Of a DNA stretch of 25,901 bases, positions 1 through 10,154 are shown in pieces. The stretch comes from Octopus sinensis (Eukaryota). The DNA lies in assembly GCF_006345805.1 (NCBI RefSeq), contig NW_021834061.1, positions 1 through 25,901 on the forward strand, in the 5' to 3' direction. A program made the translations under genes and the position numbers. The notes beneath the pieces were generated by a model that was given only the letters and a program-made list of their open reading frames with translations, ran no database searches and was not told the DNA's origin. How positions within the stretch are numbered: position 1 is the stretch's first letter; each line of letters opens with the position of its first letter.

Positions 1-105
1 AGTTCTCACATATGTATACATACGAAAATGCATACATAAATATATAAACACATACATAAGAACATGCATGAACACACACACACACACACACACACGTATA
101 TATAA

Positions 106-339
106 GGCGACGAGCTGGTAGAAATGTTAGCACGCCGGGCGAAATTCGTAGCCGTATTTCATCTGTCGCTACGTTCCGAGTTCAAATTCCGCCGAGGTCG
201 ACTTTGCCTTTCATCCTTTCGGAGTCGATAAATTAAGTACCATTTACGCACTGGGGTCGATGTAATCGACTTAATCCTTTTGTCTGTCCTTGTTTGTCCC
301 CTCTGTGTTTAGCCCCTTGTGGGTAGTAAAGAGATAGGT
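106..339 (+). mobile_element. tRNA-derived SINE family A, full-length monomer
   Basis: GGCGACGAGCTGGTAG head with A-box/B-box-like motifs (GAGTTCAAATTCC), body CCTTTCATCCTTTCGGAGTCGATAAATTAAGTACC, end GAGATAGGT; same sequence recurs at 4273, 10496 and 16294; possible GTATATATA TSD (96-104/338-346). Confidence 0.9.
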
Positions 340-360
340 ATATATATATGCACATTCGTA

Positions 361-545
361 TATGCATGCATACATGGTGATTGCTCTATCTTACATGTGA
401 ATGCTGTCTCCTTGTGCTTCCTTCTTGCCAATGGCATTTCTGACTTCCATCCATGACCTCTCAGATGACTATTCAGCTCCGCTGCAGATCTGCCTGGCTT
501 GAAGCACAAGTGGCTAACGAAGGTTTATAGCTCACTGTGCACTTC
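361..545 (-). mobile_element. Degenerate 3' end of a zinc-finger-tailed RTE-like LINE
   Basis: Minus frame reads TFVSHLCFKPGRSAAELNSHLRGH...AFTCKI (decayed C2H2 finger resembling those at 23469-23774) and ends GCAATCACC-ATGTATGCATG, like the GCAACC-ATAATGTATG end at about 23830. Confidence 0.55.
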
Positions 546-751
546 CAACTGGTAAGGGCTACACATGTTTTCACTCTTCAAATCATCGGAGGATTTTCAG
601 TAGACAGAATGACGAATGAGGTCACCTTAAACAGATGTCTGTACGTCACTGGATTATAATGATAAATGCTTCTACAATATAAGTACCAATCATTCAGTTT
701 GTGGGATTAGTACCCAGTGACATGACATCATCATTGTGTACATCATTGTGG

Positions 752-1120
752 ATGGAAGCACTCCGTCGGTTACGACGATGAGGCTTCCTGTTGATCCGAA
801 TCAACAGAACAGCCTGCTCGTGAAATTAACGTGTAAGTGGCTGAGCACTCCACAGATACGTGTACCCTTAACGTAGTTCTCGGGGATATTCAGCGTGACA
901 CAGAGAGTGACAAGGCCGGCCCTTTGAAATACAGGTACAACAGAAACAGGAAGTAAGAGTGAGAGAAAGTTGTGGTGAAAGAGTACAGCAGGGATCACCA
1001 CCATCCCCTGCCGGAGCCTCGTGGAGCTTTAGGTGTTTTCGCTCAATAAACACTCACAACGCCCGGTCTGGGAATCGAAACCGCGATCCTATGACCGCGA
1101 GTCCGCTGCCCTAACCACTG
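752..1120 (-). mobile_element. tRNA-derived SINE family B, tail type 1, head slightly 5'-truncated
   Basis: Head CAGTGGTTAGGGCAGCGGACTCGCGG...GGTTTCGATTCCC shared with copies at 5693-6118 and 16760-17065; tail ends CGTAACCGACGGAGTGCTTCCA. Confidence 0.85.
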
Positions 1121-1124
1121 TGTA

Positions 1125-1305
1125 TGTCTAACCCAACTGTTTGACAACCGGTGTTGGTGTGTTTATCTTCCCATAACTTAATGGTTTTGTAAGAGAGACC
1201 AATAGAATAATAGGTTTAACAAATACTAAGTACAAGAGTTGATTCATTTGACTAAAGATTCTTCAAGTTTTGCTCCAGCATGGCTGGAACAAGTAAATGG
1301 TAAAA
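1125..1305 (+). mobile_element. Degenerate 3' half of SINE family C
   Basis: TTGACAACCGGTGTTGGTGTGTTTA...GAGACCAATAGAATAA...GCTCCAGCATGGC matches the 3' half of the copy at 11266-11674. Confidence 0.65.
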
Positions 1306-1518
1306 AACGAGGGAAAAAGACCCTTTAGTATCTAGATTTCTCAGTTCAAACGTAATACTTATTTATCCATATTGTTTAGCATTAACCCTGCGTAATCTTG
1401 AAGCTGTGAAATTTTGATGATATGAGTATTTATTTTTAGAATGACATTGTCATCATCATTGTTCGACGGTGGTCGAGACAATGGAATTTACTATACTACG
1501 CCAGACTTCACGGTCCAT

Positions 1519-1671
1519 TTTTTCTCTCCTTGTTTTTTCTGTGTCCCTTTCTGTAGAAGAGCGTAGGCTCGAAACGTAAAAGACTTTTTCTATTCCTGAG
1601 CGTTATACTAATACATCTGTTTGTTTTGTACACCACCTATCTTCGTCTTTTGTTTTTTTCGTAAACTCTCT
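1519..1671 (+). mobile_element. 153-nt pyrimidine-rich insert carrying a hammerhead-like motif (Penelope pLTR/retrozyme-like)
   Basis: Flanked by the direct repeat CAGACTTC(A/C)CGGTCCAT at 1502-1518 and 1672-1688, splitting the RTE frame; shares GAAGAGC..GCTCGAAACGT and TTCCTGAGCGT with the repeats at 18254/18493. Confidence 0.8.
1547..1582 (+). ncRNA. Minimal type I hammerhead-like motif (A6-to-U core variant)
   Basis: CTTT | CTGTAGA A | GAGC-GTAG-GCTC | GAAA CG T A | AAAG: 4-bp stem I, 4-bp stem II, ACGT palindromic stem III, GUA triplet; the core deviates from CUGANGA. Confidence 0.55.
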
Positions 1672-2006
1672 CAGACTTCCCGGTCCATCATAGCATCACG
1701 GAGGTCCTGTTGCTGGATGCCTGAATCCCTGGAGATTACATCAGTGTGCGCCCTCTGGTATTGCGAGTAGATGGCTTCCAGAGGAGAAGAGCAGAAATTA
1801 CCTCTTTTCAGCTCTACAACAATGTCCAGCAAACTGGACTCTTCTACCCTTCGCAAGAGATGATACAGGTGGTATTTTTCCATATATTTGTACTTTGGTT
1901 GGATGACGCTTCCACGAGAGATTTTGAGCTTTCATAAGGAGGCGAGCGTAAGTTCCATCCAACTGTCTCTCAAGCCTCTTTGATAACGTCCAGACTTCTG
2001 AGCCAT

Positions 2007-2160
2007 ATACTCTTTTACTCTTTTACTTGTTCCAGTCATTTGACTGCTGCCATGCTGGAGCACCGCTTTTTGTCGACTAAATCGACCCCAAGACTTATTC
2101 TTTGTAAGCCTAGTACTTATTCTATCGGTCTCTTTTACCGAACCGCTAAGTTACGGGGAC
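2007..2160 (-). mobile_element. SINE family C, 3' half
   Basis: Reverse complement of GTCCCCGTAACTTAGCGGTTCGG...GCTCCAGCATGGC...ACAAGTAAAAGAGTAAAAGAGTAT. Confidence 0.85.
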
Positions 2161-2163
2161 TAA

Positions 2164-2356
2164 TTGACAACCGGTGGTGGTGTGCTTACGTTCCCGTTCG
2201 CCCAAAAAACGACTGACAGAATAAATACCAGGCTTAAAAAAGTAAAATAAATAAAAGAATTCCTAGGCTCGTTTTGTTTGTCTAAAACAAAGATCTTGAA
2301 GGTGGTGCCCCAGCATGGCCGCAGTCAAATGGCTGAAACAAGTAAAAAATAAAAGA
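2164..2356 (+). mobile_element. SINE family C, degenerate 3' half, inverted relative to 2007-2160
   Basis: TTGACAACCGGTGGTGGTGTGCTTACG...GGTGCCCCAGCATGGCCGCAGTCAAATGGCTGAAACAAGTAAAA. Confidence 0.75.
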
Positions 2357-2410
2357 CAGACACAAACATGCACACACATACAGATATGGGGAGAGTGAGA
2401 GAAAGGTAGT

Positions 2411-2445
2411 TAGACAGATAGATAGATAGATAGAGATAGGGAGAG

Positions 2446-2480
<35 letters not shown>
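2411..2480. repeat. (AGAT)n and (GA)n microsatellites
   Basis: Direct reading. Confidence 0.9.
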
Positions 2481-2483
<3 letters not shown>

Positions 2484-3291
2484 TGGGAGGATGAGAGTGA
2501 GAGATTAACGAAACAAAACAAGTTTTATACATATATATATAAAAAAACAATAAATATTTTACTGCAAGAACACGAAGTAAACATTGTTGCGGGTGAGAGG
2601 TGTTGGCCTCAACCATTCCAACCATCTGAACAAACCAACCAATAAGTTTATAATTAGCAGAATTAATTGGTTCTGGAACCAAATTGTTTACGCCTCTTTT
2701 TGTTTGTTCTTTTGATATACGAGATTGTTTTTTTTTTTTTGTTTTTTTTTTCATTAAATAAGACTCTAGTGTTTTAGATAGAATTTTCCCAAAACTTCTT
2801 ATCTGCAGATAGGAATCCAAGATAGGGAACCCTATTTAGCTTACATCGAGATTACCATTCTACTTCATATATAGAACAGTGGATTGTTGTAAATAAATTC
2901 GCCTATTAAATGAGAGTTCCAGTACTAACCAGAGACGTCATTGTATTTCATTTTATTCCACTAGTTCCAGAAACGGATTGCGGCCATGCTGGTGCAGCGA
3001 TTTCAAAGAATTTACGCGATTATGTTGCCTAAAATAAGTTTTGTTTTTCGTTTTTGAACGACTGGGAATTGCGTTATATTTCTCGATGTGTTACTAATCG
3101 CTTAGTTATGCTTTTCCACTCAAATTTGGTTTTATACTGTCAAACATAAACGCAGATATACAAACATCGACGCACATACACTTATATACACAAGCACAGC
3201 GTATTCATACGCAGATACGTGCGTAGACACATACACGTATAAAGACAGTTTTTATTGGAACTATTTTTGTAATATACGTAGTTATGTACAC

Positions 3292-3474
3292 ACCGACACA
3301 CACACAAACACATAAGCATACAAACGCATACACAAATATACACATATCTGTATAGATACATACATACATATAGGTACACACACACACACATACACTCACG
3401 TGTACAGGCATTGCACGTATTCCCGCAGTGAATATGCATTCACAAAGGCTTATAGTTATACATGCATGCGAATT

Positions 3475-3508
<34 letters not shown>

Positions 3509-3747
3509 CACACACACCACACACACTTTATAGTAATCATACGCCGTGACCTACATTCACATATATACATGCATATACCGACACACACAAACACACACAA
3601 ATATACACATATCTGTATAGATACATACATACATATATGTACACACACACACACGTGTACAGGCATTGCACGTATTCCCGCAGTGAATATGCATTCACAA
3701 AGTCTTATAGTTATACATGCACGCGAATTCAGACACACACATACACA

Positions 3748-3790
<43 letters not shown>

Positions 3791-3845
3791 CTTTATAGCA
3801 ATCACACACCGAGACCTACATTCACATATATACATGCATATACAG
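3292..3845. repeat. Tandem duplication of a 255-285-nt CA/TA-rich unit with unique cores
   Basis: GTGTACAGGCATTGCACGTATTCCCGCAGTGAATATGCATTCACAAAG at about 3400 and 3655; CTTTATAG..GACCTACATTCAC at 3526 and 3791. Confidence 0.9.
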
Positions 3846-4212
3846 AAATAAATACAAATACGTATACGCACATATATATACACACACACACACGCACATA
3901 TACACATGTACACACACGATTCACGGAGTCTACTACACCCGTCCACACCTGCACATACAATAACCTCACCATTTACTAAATCTGACACGTTTATCAGCCT
4001 AATCAACAAACGACTATAAAACACACTTATTTAATTAACTACCCCCACTTTCTTTTATGAATTATTCTTCTTAATTAGACCCATAAATTCTCACACAACG
4101 CGTTCACCTCCACTAATCTTATCTTTGGCACAATCGTGCGCAATCCTGTTTTTGTGGAACAGAAAATGCTTCATTTAACATGTTGGGCGCTGAAGAAACG
4201 ATATGGATGCAA

Positions 4213-4272
4213 GCGCGGCCGTGTGGGTTAAGTTACTTTCTTAACAATCTCATAGTTTCAGCGTTCGATACC
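4213..4272 (+). mobile_element. Old degenerate SINE head (C-like) that continues at about 5074-5105; insertion site of the SINE-A tetramer
   Basis: GCGCGGCCGTGTGGGTTAAG...TTTCAGCGTTCGATACC (B-box-like) resumes after the array as GTTGTAGGGAAACCCTGCCAAGTGTCTTC. Confidence 0.5.
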
Positions 4273-5056
4273 TATTTCCTTACTACCCACAAGGGGCTAA
4301 ACATAGAGAGGACAAACAAGGACAGACAAACGGATTAAGTCGATTATATCGACCCCAGTGCGTAACTGGTACTTAATTTATCGACCCCGAAAGGATGAAA
4401 GGCGAAGTCGACCTCGGTGGAATTTGAACTCAGAATATAAAAATAGACGAAATACCTATTTCTCTACTACCCACAAGGGGCTAAACACAGAGGGGACAAA
4501 CAAGGACAGACAAACGGATTAAGCCGATTATATCGACCGCAGTGCGTAACTGGTACTTAATCTATCGACCCCGAAAGGATGAAAGTCAAAGTCGACCTCG
4601 GTGGAATTTGAACTCAGAATATAAAGACAGACGAAATACCTATTTCTTTATTACCCACAAGGGGCTAAACACAGAGGGGACAAACAAGGACAGACAAACG
4701 GATTAAGTCGATTATATCGACCCCAGTGCGTAACTGGTACTTAATTTATCGACCCCGAAAGGATGACAGGCAAAGTCAACCTCGGTGGAATTTGAACTCA
4801 GAATATAAAGACAGACGAAATACCTATTTCTTTACTACCCACAAGGGGCTAAACACAGAGGGGACAAACAAGGACAGACACAGGTATTAAGTCGATTACA
4901 TCGACCCCAGTGCGTAACTGGTACTTAATTCATCGACCCCGAAAGGATGAAAGGCAAAGTAGACCTCGGCGGAATTTGAACTCGGAACGTAACGGCAGAC
5001 GAAATACGGCTACGCATTTCGCCCGGCCGTGCTAACGTTTCTGCCAGCTCTCCTCC
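4273..5056 (-). mobile_element. SINE family A tetramer: one head plus four 184-nt bodies
   Basis: CCTATTTC unit starts at 4271, 4455, 4639 and 4823 (184-nt period); single tRNA-like head at about 5007-5056; perfect 17-bp TSD TTTCAGCGTTCGATACC at 4256-4272 and 5057-5073. Confidence 0.92.
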
Positions 5057-5231
5057 TTTCAGCGTTCGATACCGTTGTAGGGAAACCCTGCCAAGTGTCT
5101 TCTGTCACGTTTCGACCCAAAACAGCAAGATAATTTGGTTTGTTGTTGTTATTGTTGAGCTCCAAATAATCTTCGGTGTACAAGTGTACAGTAAGTATAT
5201 ATCCGCATCAATATACGTAAGGGGCGGCACT

Positions 5232-5621
5232 ATACTCTTTTACTCTTTTACTTGTTTCAGTCATTTGACTGTGACCATGCTGGAGCACCGCTTTTAGTCG
5301 AGCAAATCGACCCCAGGACTTATTCTTTGTAAGCCCAGTACTTATTTTATCGGTCTCTTATGCCGAACCGCTAAGTTACGGGGACGCAAACACACCAGCA
5401 TCGGTTGTCAAGCGATGTTGGTGGGACAAACACAGACACACAAACATACACGCATATATACGACGGGCTTCTTTCAGTTTCCGTCTACCATATTCACTCA
5501 CAGGCTTTGGTCGTCCCGAGGCTATAGTAGAAGACACTTGCCGAAGGTGCCACGCAGTGGGACTGAACCCGGAACCATGTGGTTGGTAAGCAAGCTACAT
5601 ACCACACAGCTACTCCTACGC
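5232..5621 (-). mobile_element. tRNA-derived SINE family C (CORE-like), full length
   Basis: Reverse complement of 11266-11674; contains CACCTTCGGCAAGTG, similar to the CORE/MIR motif ACCTTGGGCAAGT; AAAAGAGT tail. Confidence 0.9.
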
Positions 5622-5692
5622 TCTACTATGTTATTGTTCAGTTGAGATTTACTTCATATTTTTCTATAATCCCAAATATGTTTCGACAAAGC

Positions 5693-6118
5693 GGCATCAT
5701 TTGTTTTGCGCGTATTGTACCAATGTAATTTCTGTCAGTTTGTTCATTGGGCACTGCTGTTGCTGTTGAGCGAAGCGGTCTTCGTCCCAGAGCTCGCAAG
5801 ACGGGAGAAGTCTGAAACGTAAGACCCGCAGAAGAGAAAGCAGGTCAATCCCCGACACCGAGAGCATCGACGGATGGATGAATGCGCATCCAGGCTCAGC
5901 GGTTGCGTAGGAAGTCGGGGACCAGAAACAGGAAGAAGGAGTAAGAGAAAGTTGTGGCGAAAGAGTACAACAGGGGTCGCCACAACCCCCTGTAGGAGCC
6001 CCGTGAAGCTTTAGGTGTTCTCGCTCAATAAAACACACAACGCCCGGTCTGGGAATCGAAACCACGATCCTCCGACCGCGAGTCCGGTACCCTAACCACT
6101 GGGCCATTGCGCCTCCAC
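5693..6118 (-). mobile_element. SINE family B, tail type 2, full head
   Basis: Head GTGGAGGCGCAATGGCCCAGTGGTTAGGGTACCGGACTCGCGG; body shared with 752-1120 down to CTTCCTGTTTCTG, then a different ~230-nt tail. Confidence 0.85.
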
Positions 6119-6440
6119 TGGCATTGTTGCTCTATAGACGACATTTCAAGTGGTACTGCAGTTGTATATATATTCGATTGTGAGCTCTAGGTTTTTAAAT
6201 GGTTTGTTTTGGGTTTGTTATGCAATTAAAGATAACTTTTGTGTTCATCCTGTTCAATATTGTGGGGCACAACCGAATATTTATCTTTTTAAAATTCTGA
6301 TACTTATTCAATCGGACTCTCGATATTTCGGGGACGTAAACAAAACAACAGCAATTGTCAAGCAATGAGGTTGGAAGACAAGCACAGGCATAAAGACACA
6401 CACATACACTCACACACACTATATATATAATACTCATACA

Positions 6441-6444
<4 letters not shown>

Positions 6445-6498
<54 letters not shown>

Positions 6499-6510
6499 CA
6501 TATATATAAT

Positions 6511-6568
<58 letters not shown>
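6445..6568. repeat. (TA)n microsatellite
   Basis: Direct reading. Confidence 0.95.
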
Positions 6569-6570
<2 letters not shown>

Positions 6571-6615
6571 GGAGTAACACACATAAATGTGAAACAAGGT
6601 GGAGAAAAGAGGACT

Positions 6616-6664
6616 CAAAACTGTCCGACGAACGGGAACGTGAAACTCCGAGTAACAGCTTTTG
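6616..6664 (+). ncRNA. Type I hammerhead-like motif (U4-to-C core variant) with a long stem I
   Basis: CAAAA-CTGT | CCGACGA | ACG-GGAA-CGT | GAAA CTC-C-GAG T A | ACAG-C-TTTTG: 9-bp bulged stem I, stem II, near-palindromic stem III, GUA triplet (cleavage predicted after 6654). Confidence 0.65.
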
Positions 6665-6780
6665 TTAAATTTCTGCTGCTTTTCTGCTTTTGTTAAATTG
6701 TTAAATTGTTAATTGTTAAATTGTTAATTGTTAATTGTTAAATTGTTATTTCTGCTGCTTATTTCTGCTGCTTTTAAATA
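6660..6780. repeat. Patchwork of TTGTTAA(A) and TTTCTGCTGCTT motifs
   Basis: About seven TTGTTAA units and three to four TTCTGCT(GCT)T units interleaved. Confidence 0.85.
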
Positions 6781-6784
6781 AATT

Positions 6785-6802
6785 ATATATATATATATAT
6801 TA

Positions 6803-6859
<57 letters not shown>

Positions 6860-6862
6860 ATA
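6785..6862. repeat. (TA)n microsatellite
   Basis: Direct reading. Confidence 0.95.
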
Positions 6863-7529
6863 AATACACGCACACAGACATACATATACACACGCACATA
6901 CACACACATATACACGTACATATACATACATTTGTATATATATAAAACATGCATTGTGTGAGTTTGATGGATTTAGCGTATATGTATCGTATGAGCATTC
7001 CTTTTTAATCGTTTAGTAAAGAGTATTAGAGAGATTTACTGATATTTATTCTGCGAACGATTTTACAGTATTTTTAAAGATTTCATATGGTAGCTTTTAT
7101 ATAAATCCCAAAAGATCACAAAATCTCTGCGAATAAATACAAATCTATCTATATATAAATGTATAAGCAAAATTTTGGCTTGTACATTACAAACACACGC
7201 ACACACGGATATATATGCGTGGTAAAAATCATACACGAACATTTGTAGACGTTTATGCGTTAACCTATATAAACATACAGCTATCATATTTGGGATCTTT
7301 TTCATTTAACAAGGAAAACATACATGAAACAGTTAGGGATTATGGATATCTGGTTTTATGTTTTACACATATAAGTATGTAGATGTGTTTTCACACACAT
7401 ACACACACACATACATACCTATATGGTGATATTTGTGTATGTATGAATGCCTGCACACAAACACACATCAATATTTATGTATGTATATGTGCGTATAAAT
7501 ATGTATACATATGTGTGTATGTACTCACA

Positions 7530-7562
<33 letters not shown>

Positions 7563-7690
7563 TAGAAGAAATAAGGTAATCAGAAATCTGGATGGTTTTA
7601 TATTTACAGTTTTTTGTTAATATGTAACATGTTTTTATAAATCATAAATATTAGCGCTTGCATCCACTCTAGTGGATTCGTCAGATTGAA
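7563..7690 (-). mobile_element. About 130-nt element between two (TA)n tracts carrying a hammerhead-like motif
   Basis: Bounded by (TA)n at 7538-7562 and 7691-7710; contains the motif at 7652-7684. Confidence 0.55.
7652..7684 (-). ncRNA. Minimal type I hammerhead-like motif (GAAA-to-GCAA variant)
   Basis: Minus strand CTGACGA | ATCCAC-TAGA-GTGGAT | GCAA GCGC T A: exact CUGANGA, 6-bp stem II, AGCGCT palindromic stem III; stem I only about 2 bp. Confidence 0.55.
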
Positions 7691-7710
7691 TATATATATA
7701 TATATATATA

Positions 7711-7740
7711 CATCTCCAGTGTTAGAAGCTGTGCAAAGGC
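7711..7740 (+). mobile_element. Probable 30-nt 3' tip of the R4/Dong-like family at 7852-9225
   Basis: Ends GCAAAGGC-AATAA, identical over 13 nt to 9218-9230, followed by (CAA)n(TAA)n. Confidence 0.5.
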
Positions 7741-7758
7741 AATAACAACAACAACAAC

Positions 7759-7851
<93 letters not shown>
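7741..7851. repeat. (CAA)n followed by (TAA)n
   Basis: Direct reading. Confidence 0.95.
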
Positions 7852-7852
<1 letters not shown>

Positions 7853-9225
7853 AGTGTATATTTTTAGTACTGATTTCGGAATGGAGTTAGAACTGAAAAA
7901 GTGTGGTGTGTTAGTCTTGAAGAGACTAATGTATGAACGGGCTAGCGATACTGTCGGGGGAGGTTATGAAGAGATAGAAGAGACGGGCTATAAGTACTTG
8001 AGGATTTTGGAAATGGATAAATTGATGGAGAAAGAAATGACAGAAAGATTTAAGATGGAGTACTTGCGCAAACTGAGACTGATTCTTAAGTCGAAATTAA
8101 AAAGGAAGGAATAAGATTGAAGCTATCAACACCTGGGCGGTCTCACTCCTTAGAGCAAGGGTAATCGCATGGACAGTAGACGAACTAAACAACTTAGCCA
8201 GAAAGACAAAGAAGTTGCTGACTAGATATGGAATACTCCATCTAAAAATTGACGCAGGCAGACTGTATGTACCAAGAAAAAGAGGGGAAGAGGACTGATT
8301 GGATGTGAACACAGCATTAGAGCAGAAGAAAACAACATAGCATAGCATGTAAAAAATGCCACAGACCCGCTATTATTGGAAATAAATAAGCCAGGCTTGT
8401 GTAGGGTGGAAGATTGCGAAGAAAAAGCACTGTACAAGCACTTAAGAATGAATGAAACTAAAAATAGTTAGATAAAGAAAAGAATGCATGGATAATTTCA
8501 CAGGGATGTTGAAGATAAGACAGACAGAGGAAAAAGATGCTATGGTTGAATAAAAGTGATTTAAAACCGGAAACGGAGACTCAAATCTGTGTTGCCCAAG
8601 AGCAAGTATCAAAAACGAATTACATCTAATACAGAATAGACAACACACCAGAAAGTTATAAATGCAAAATTTGTGGACAAAATGGTGATACGGTATGGAA
8701 TATTACCAGTAAATGTAGACCACTAGCCCAGAAAGAATATAAGAGACGTCATGACAATATAGCAAGGATCGTCCATTGGACACTTTGCATCAAATATAGA
8801 CTCGACAGAGCAAAAAGGTTGTATGAACATAAACCCGAAGGAATCATCGAATATAATAATGCAAAGATGCTATAGGATTCAGTGCGACCATAAGATAGAG
8901 AATAGGAAATCAGACAGTGTTAATTGATAAGGAAAGCAAACGATGTTGGATTATAGATATAGCATGCCCAGCTGACAACAAGGTATGCGATAAGGAAGAA
9001 AGAAAAGTCGATAGATATAACAGGTTAGCTTGGGAGTTTAAGCAGTTGTGGTCGAAGAAAACGGTGGTAGTAATACCAATAATTGTCAGAGCCCTGGCAA
9101 CAGTGAATAAAAATCTTGAGAAGTACATGGAGCAAATAGGGGCTGCAATAAGGGTGGAGCACTTGCAAGAAACAGCACTGCTTGGAACCGCTCGAATACT
9201 CCAGATGGTAGTGAATAGCAAAGGC
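7852..9225 (+). mobile_element. 5'-truncated R4/Dong-like non-LTR retrotransposon (RT C-terminus, CCHC knuckle, restriction-like endonuclease); inactive
   Basis: Frames join as GMELELKKC..GYKYLR (late RT), RLYVPRK.GGRGL (thumb), CKICGQNGDTVWNITSKC at 8663-8716 (His-to-Asn), RRHD at about 8744-8755, RKSD.VLIDK..IIDIACPAD..KEERK (PD-(D/E)xK) and LQETALLGTARIL; several stops and frameshifts; (TAA)n on both sides. Confidence 0.9.
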
Positions 9226-9240
9226 AATAAAATAATAATG

Positions 9241-9298
<58 letters not shown>
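9226..9298. repeat. (TAA)n microsatellite
   Basis: Direct reading. Confidence 0.95.
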
Positions 9299-9611
9299 GG
9301 GGTTGATTGCTACCTAACTCAGATACCAGGAAACCCCAAAATGGCAGAAATTCAAAAGATAGTGCTCATGGGAACTGCTCATATCCTACGCAAAATACTT
9401 TCTATGTAATCTCAAGGTTTAAAACAAACATAATTTTCGTTTTCTTTATTTTATTTTTTAGACATTCACTAGTACAACACCAAAAAAACCCCCCCATATA
9501 TATGGCACACTAGGCATAACAACAACGTGAATTTCCAACCTGTTGTCTCTTGAGGTCTCTGGGTGAGACTTGGAGCCAACTTCTACAAATATAAAGCAAA
9601 AGTCAAACATA

Positions 9612-9612
<1 letters not shown>
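9299..9612 (+). mobile_element. Second, distinct R4/Dong-like family: last 36 codons plus 3' UTR
   Basis: 9299-9409 reads GVDCYLTQIPGNPKMAEIQKIVLMGTAHILRKILSM*, homologous to LQETALLGTARILQMV; ends in (AAT)n at 9613. Confidence 0.8.
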
Positions 9613-9663
<51 letters not shown>

Positions 9664-9668
<5 letters not shown>

Positions 9669-10116
9669 CACAGATTTGCTCAATACCACAGATTTGCTTG
9701 TCAGTTGTTTGACCGTAACCAGTTGAGCATGTCCCTTAGTGGCTGACGATATGTGCATCTCTGATCACGAGCAGAAGTAGTGGGGGAGCATCATAGCCAT
9801 GTGTTGAGAAGGATTCTTTGGGGTTTGAATAATTCACCTCTGGAAACATGGGTGTTTCATTCAACGTCCTTAAACAACCCTTATTCAGGGACTTTTTGAG
9901 CGGGATGGGCTACTCAACCTGAAGAAAATTCTAACTGGGCCCCACCTGCAAGGTCATGTGCTGTTTATCTTGATATGAGATCACCATGTCGCGCACATAT
10001 GGTTGTGATGCATGTGCCTGATGTGCCCTTATCAGACGGGTAGTCATGATGGGTATATTGGGCTTCGTATATTTTACCCCAGTGTCACTTTGATGGCATG
10101 AACTGCTCTCTTACTC
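9664..10116 (+). mobile_element. About 450-nt non-coding element between (TAA)n tracts; probable 3' UTR or non-autonomous partner of a TAA-targeting LINE
   Basis: Complex sequence bounded by (AAT)n at 9613-9666 and 10117-10155; 17-nt duplication at its 5' junction; family not identifiable from the sequence alone. Confidence 0.6.

Positions 10117-10154
<38 letters not shown>

Larger units (their letters stand above)
1450..2007 (-). mobile_element. RTE-clade LINE 3' fragment (post-RT region to C-terminus), interrupted at 1519-1671
   Basis: Minus translation YGSEVWTLSKRLERQLDGTYARLLMKAQNLSWKRHPT...RRVQFAGHC..(frameshift)..LLLWKP...DSGIQQQDLRDAMMDREV; resumes at 1518 as MDREVWRSIVNSIVSTTVEQ* followed by a (TGA)n tail. 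Confidence 0.85.

Noticed and set aside
1321-1450. Segment starting CCCTTTAG that looks like a familiar octopus DNA-transposon end
   Set aside because: No second terminus, no TTAA and no second copy in the window; cannot be supported from the sequence alone
4273-5056. Regular 184-nt array resembling CRISPR or satellite DNA
   Set aside because: Units are near-identical along their whole length with no unique spacers, no cas genes are present, and the array is a TSD-flanked SINE multimer
5777-5826. GGTCT...AGAC-GGGAGAA-GTCT GAAA CG TA AGACC, a hammerhead-like half
   Set aside because: Stem II, GAAA and stem I look-alikes are present but there is no CUGANGA, and it is antisense to the host SINE
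9744-9780. CTGACGA as another hammerhead core
   Set aside because: No stem II followed by GAAA downstream
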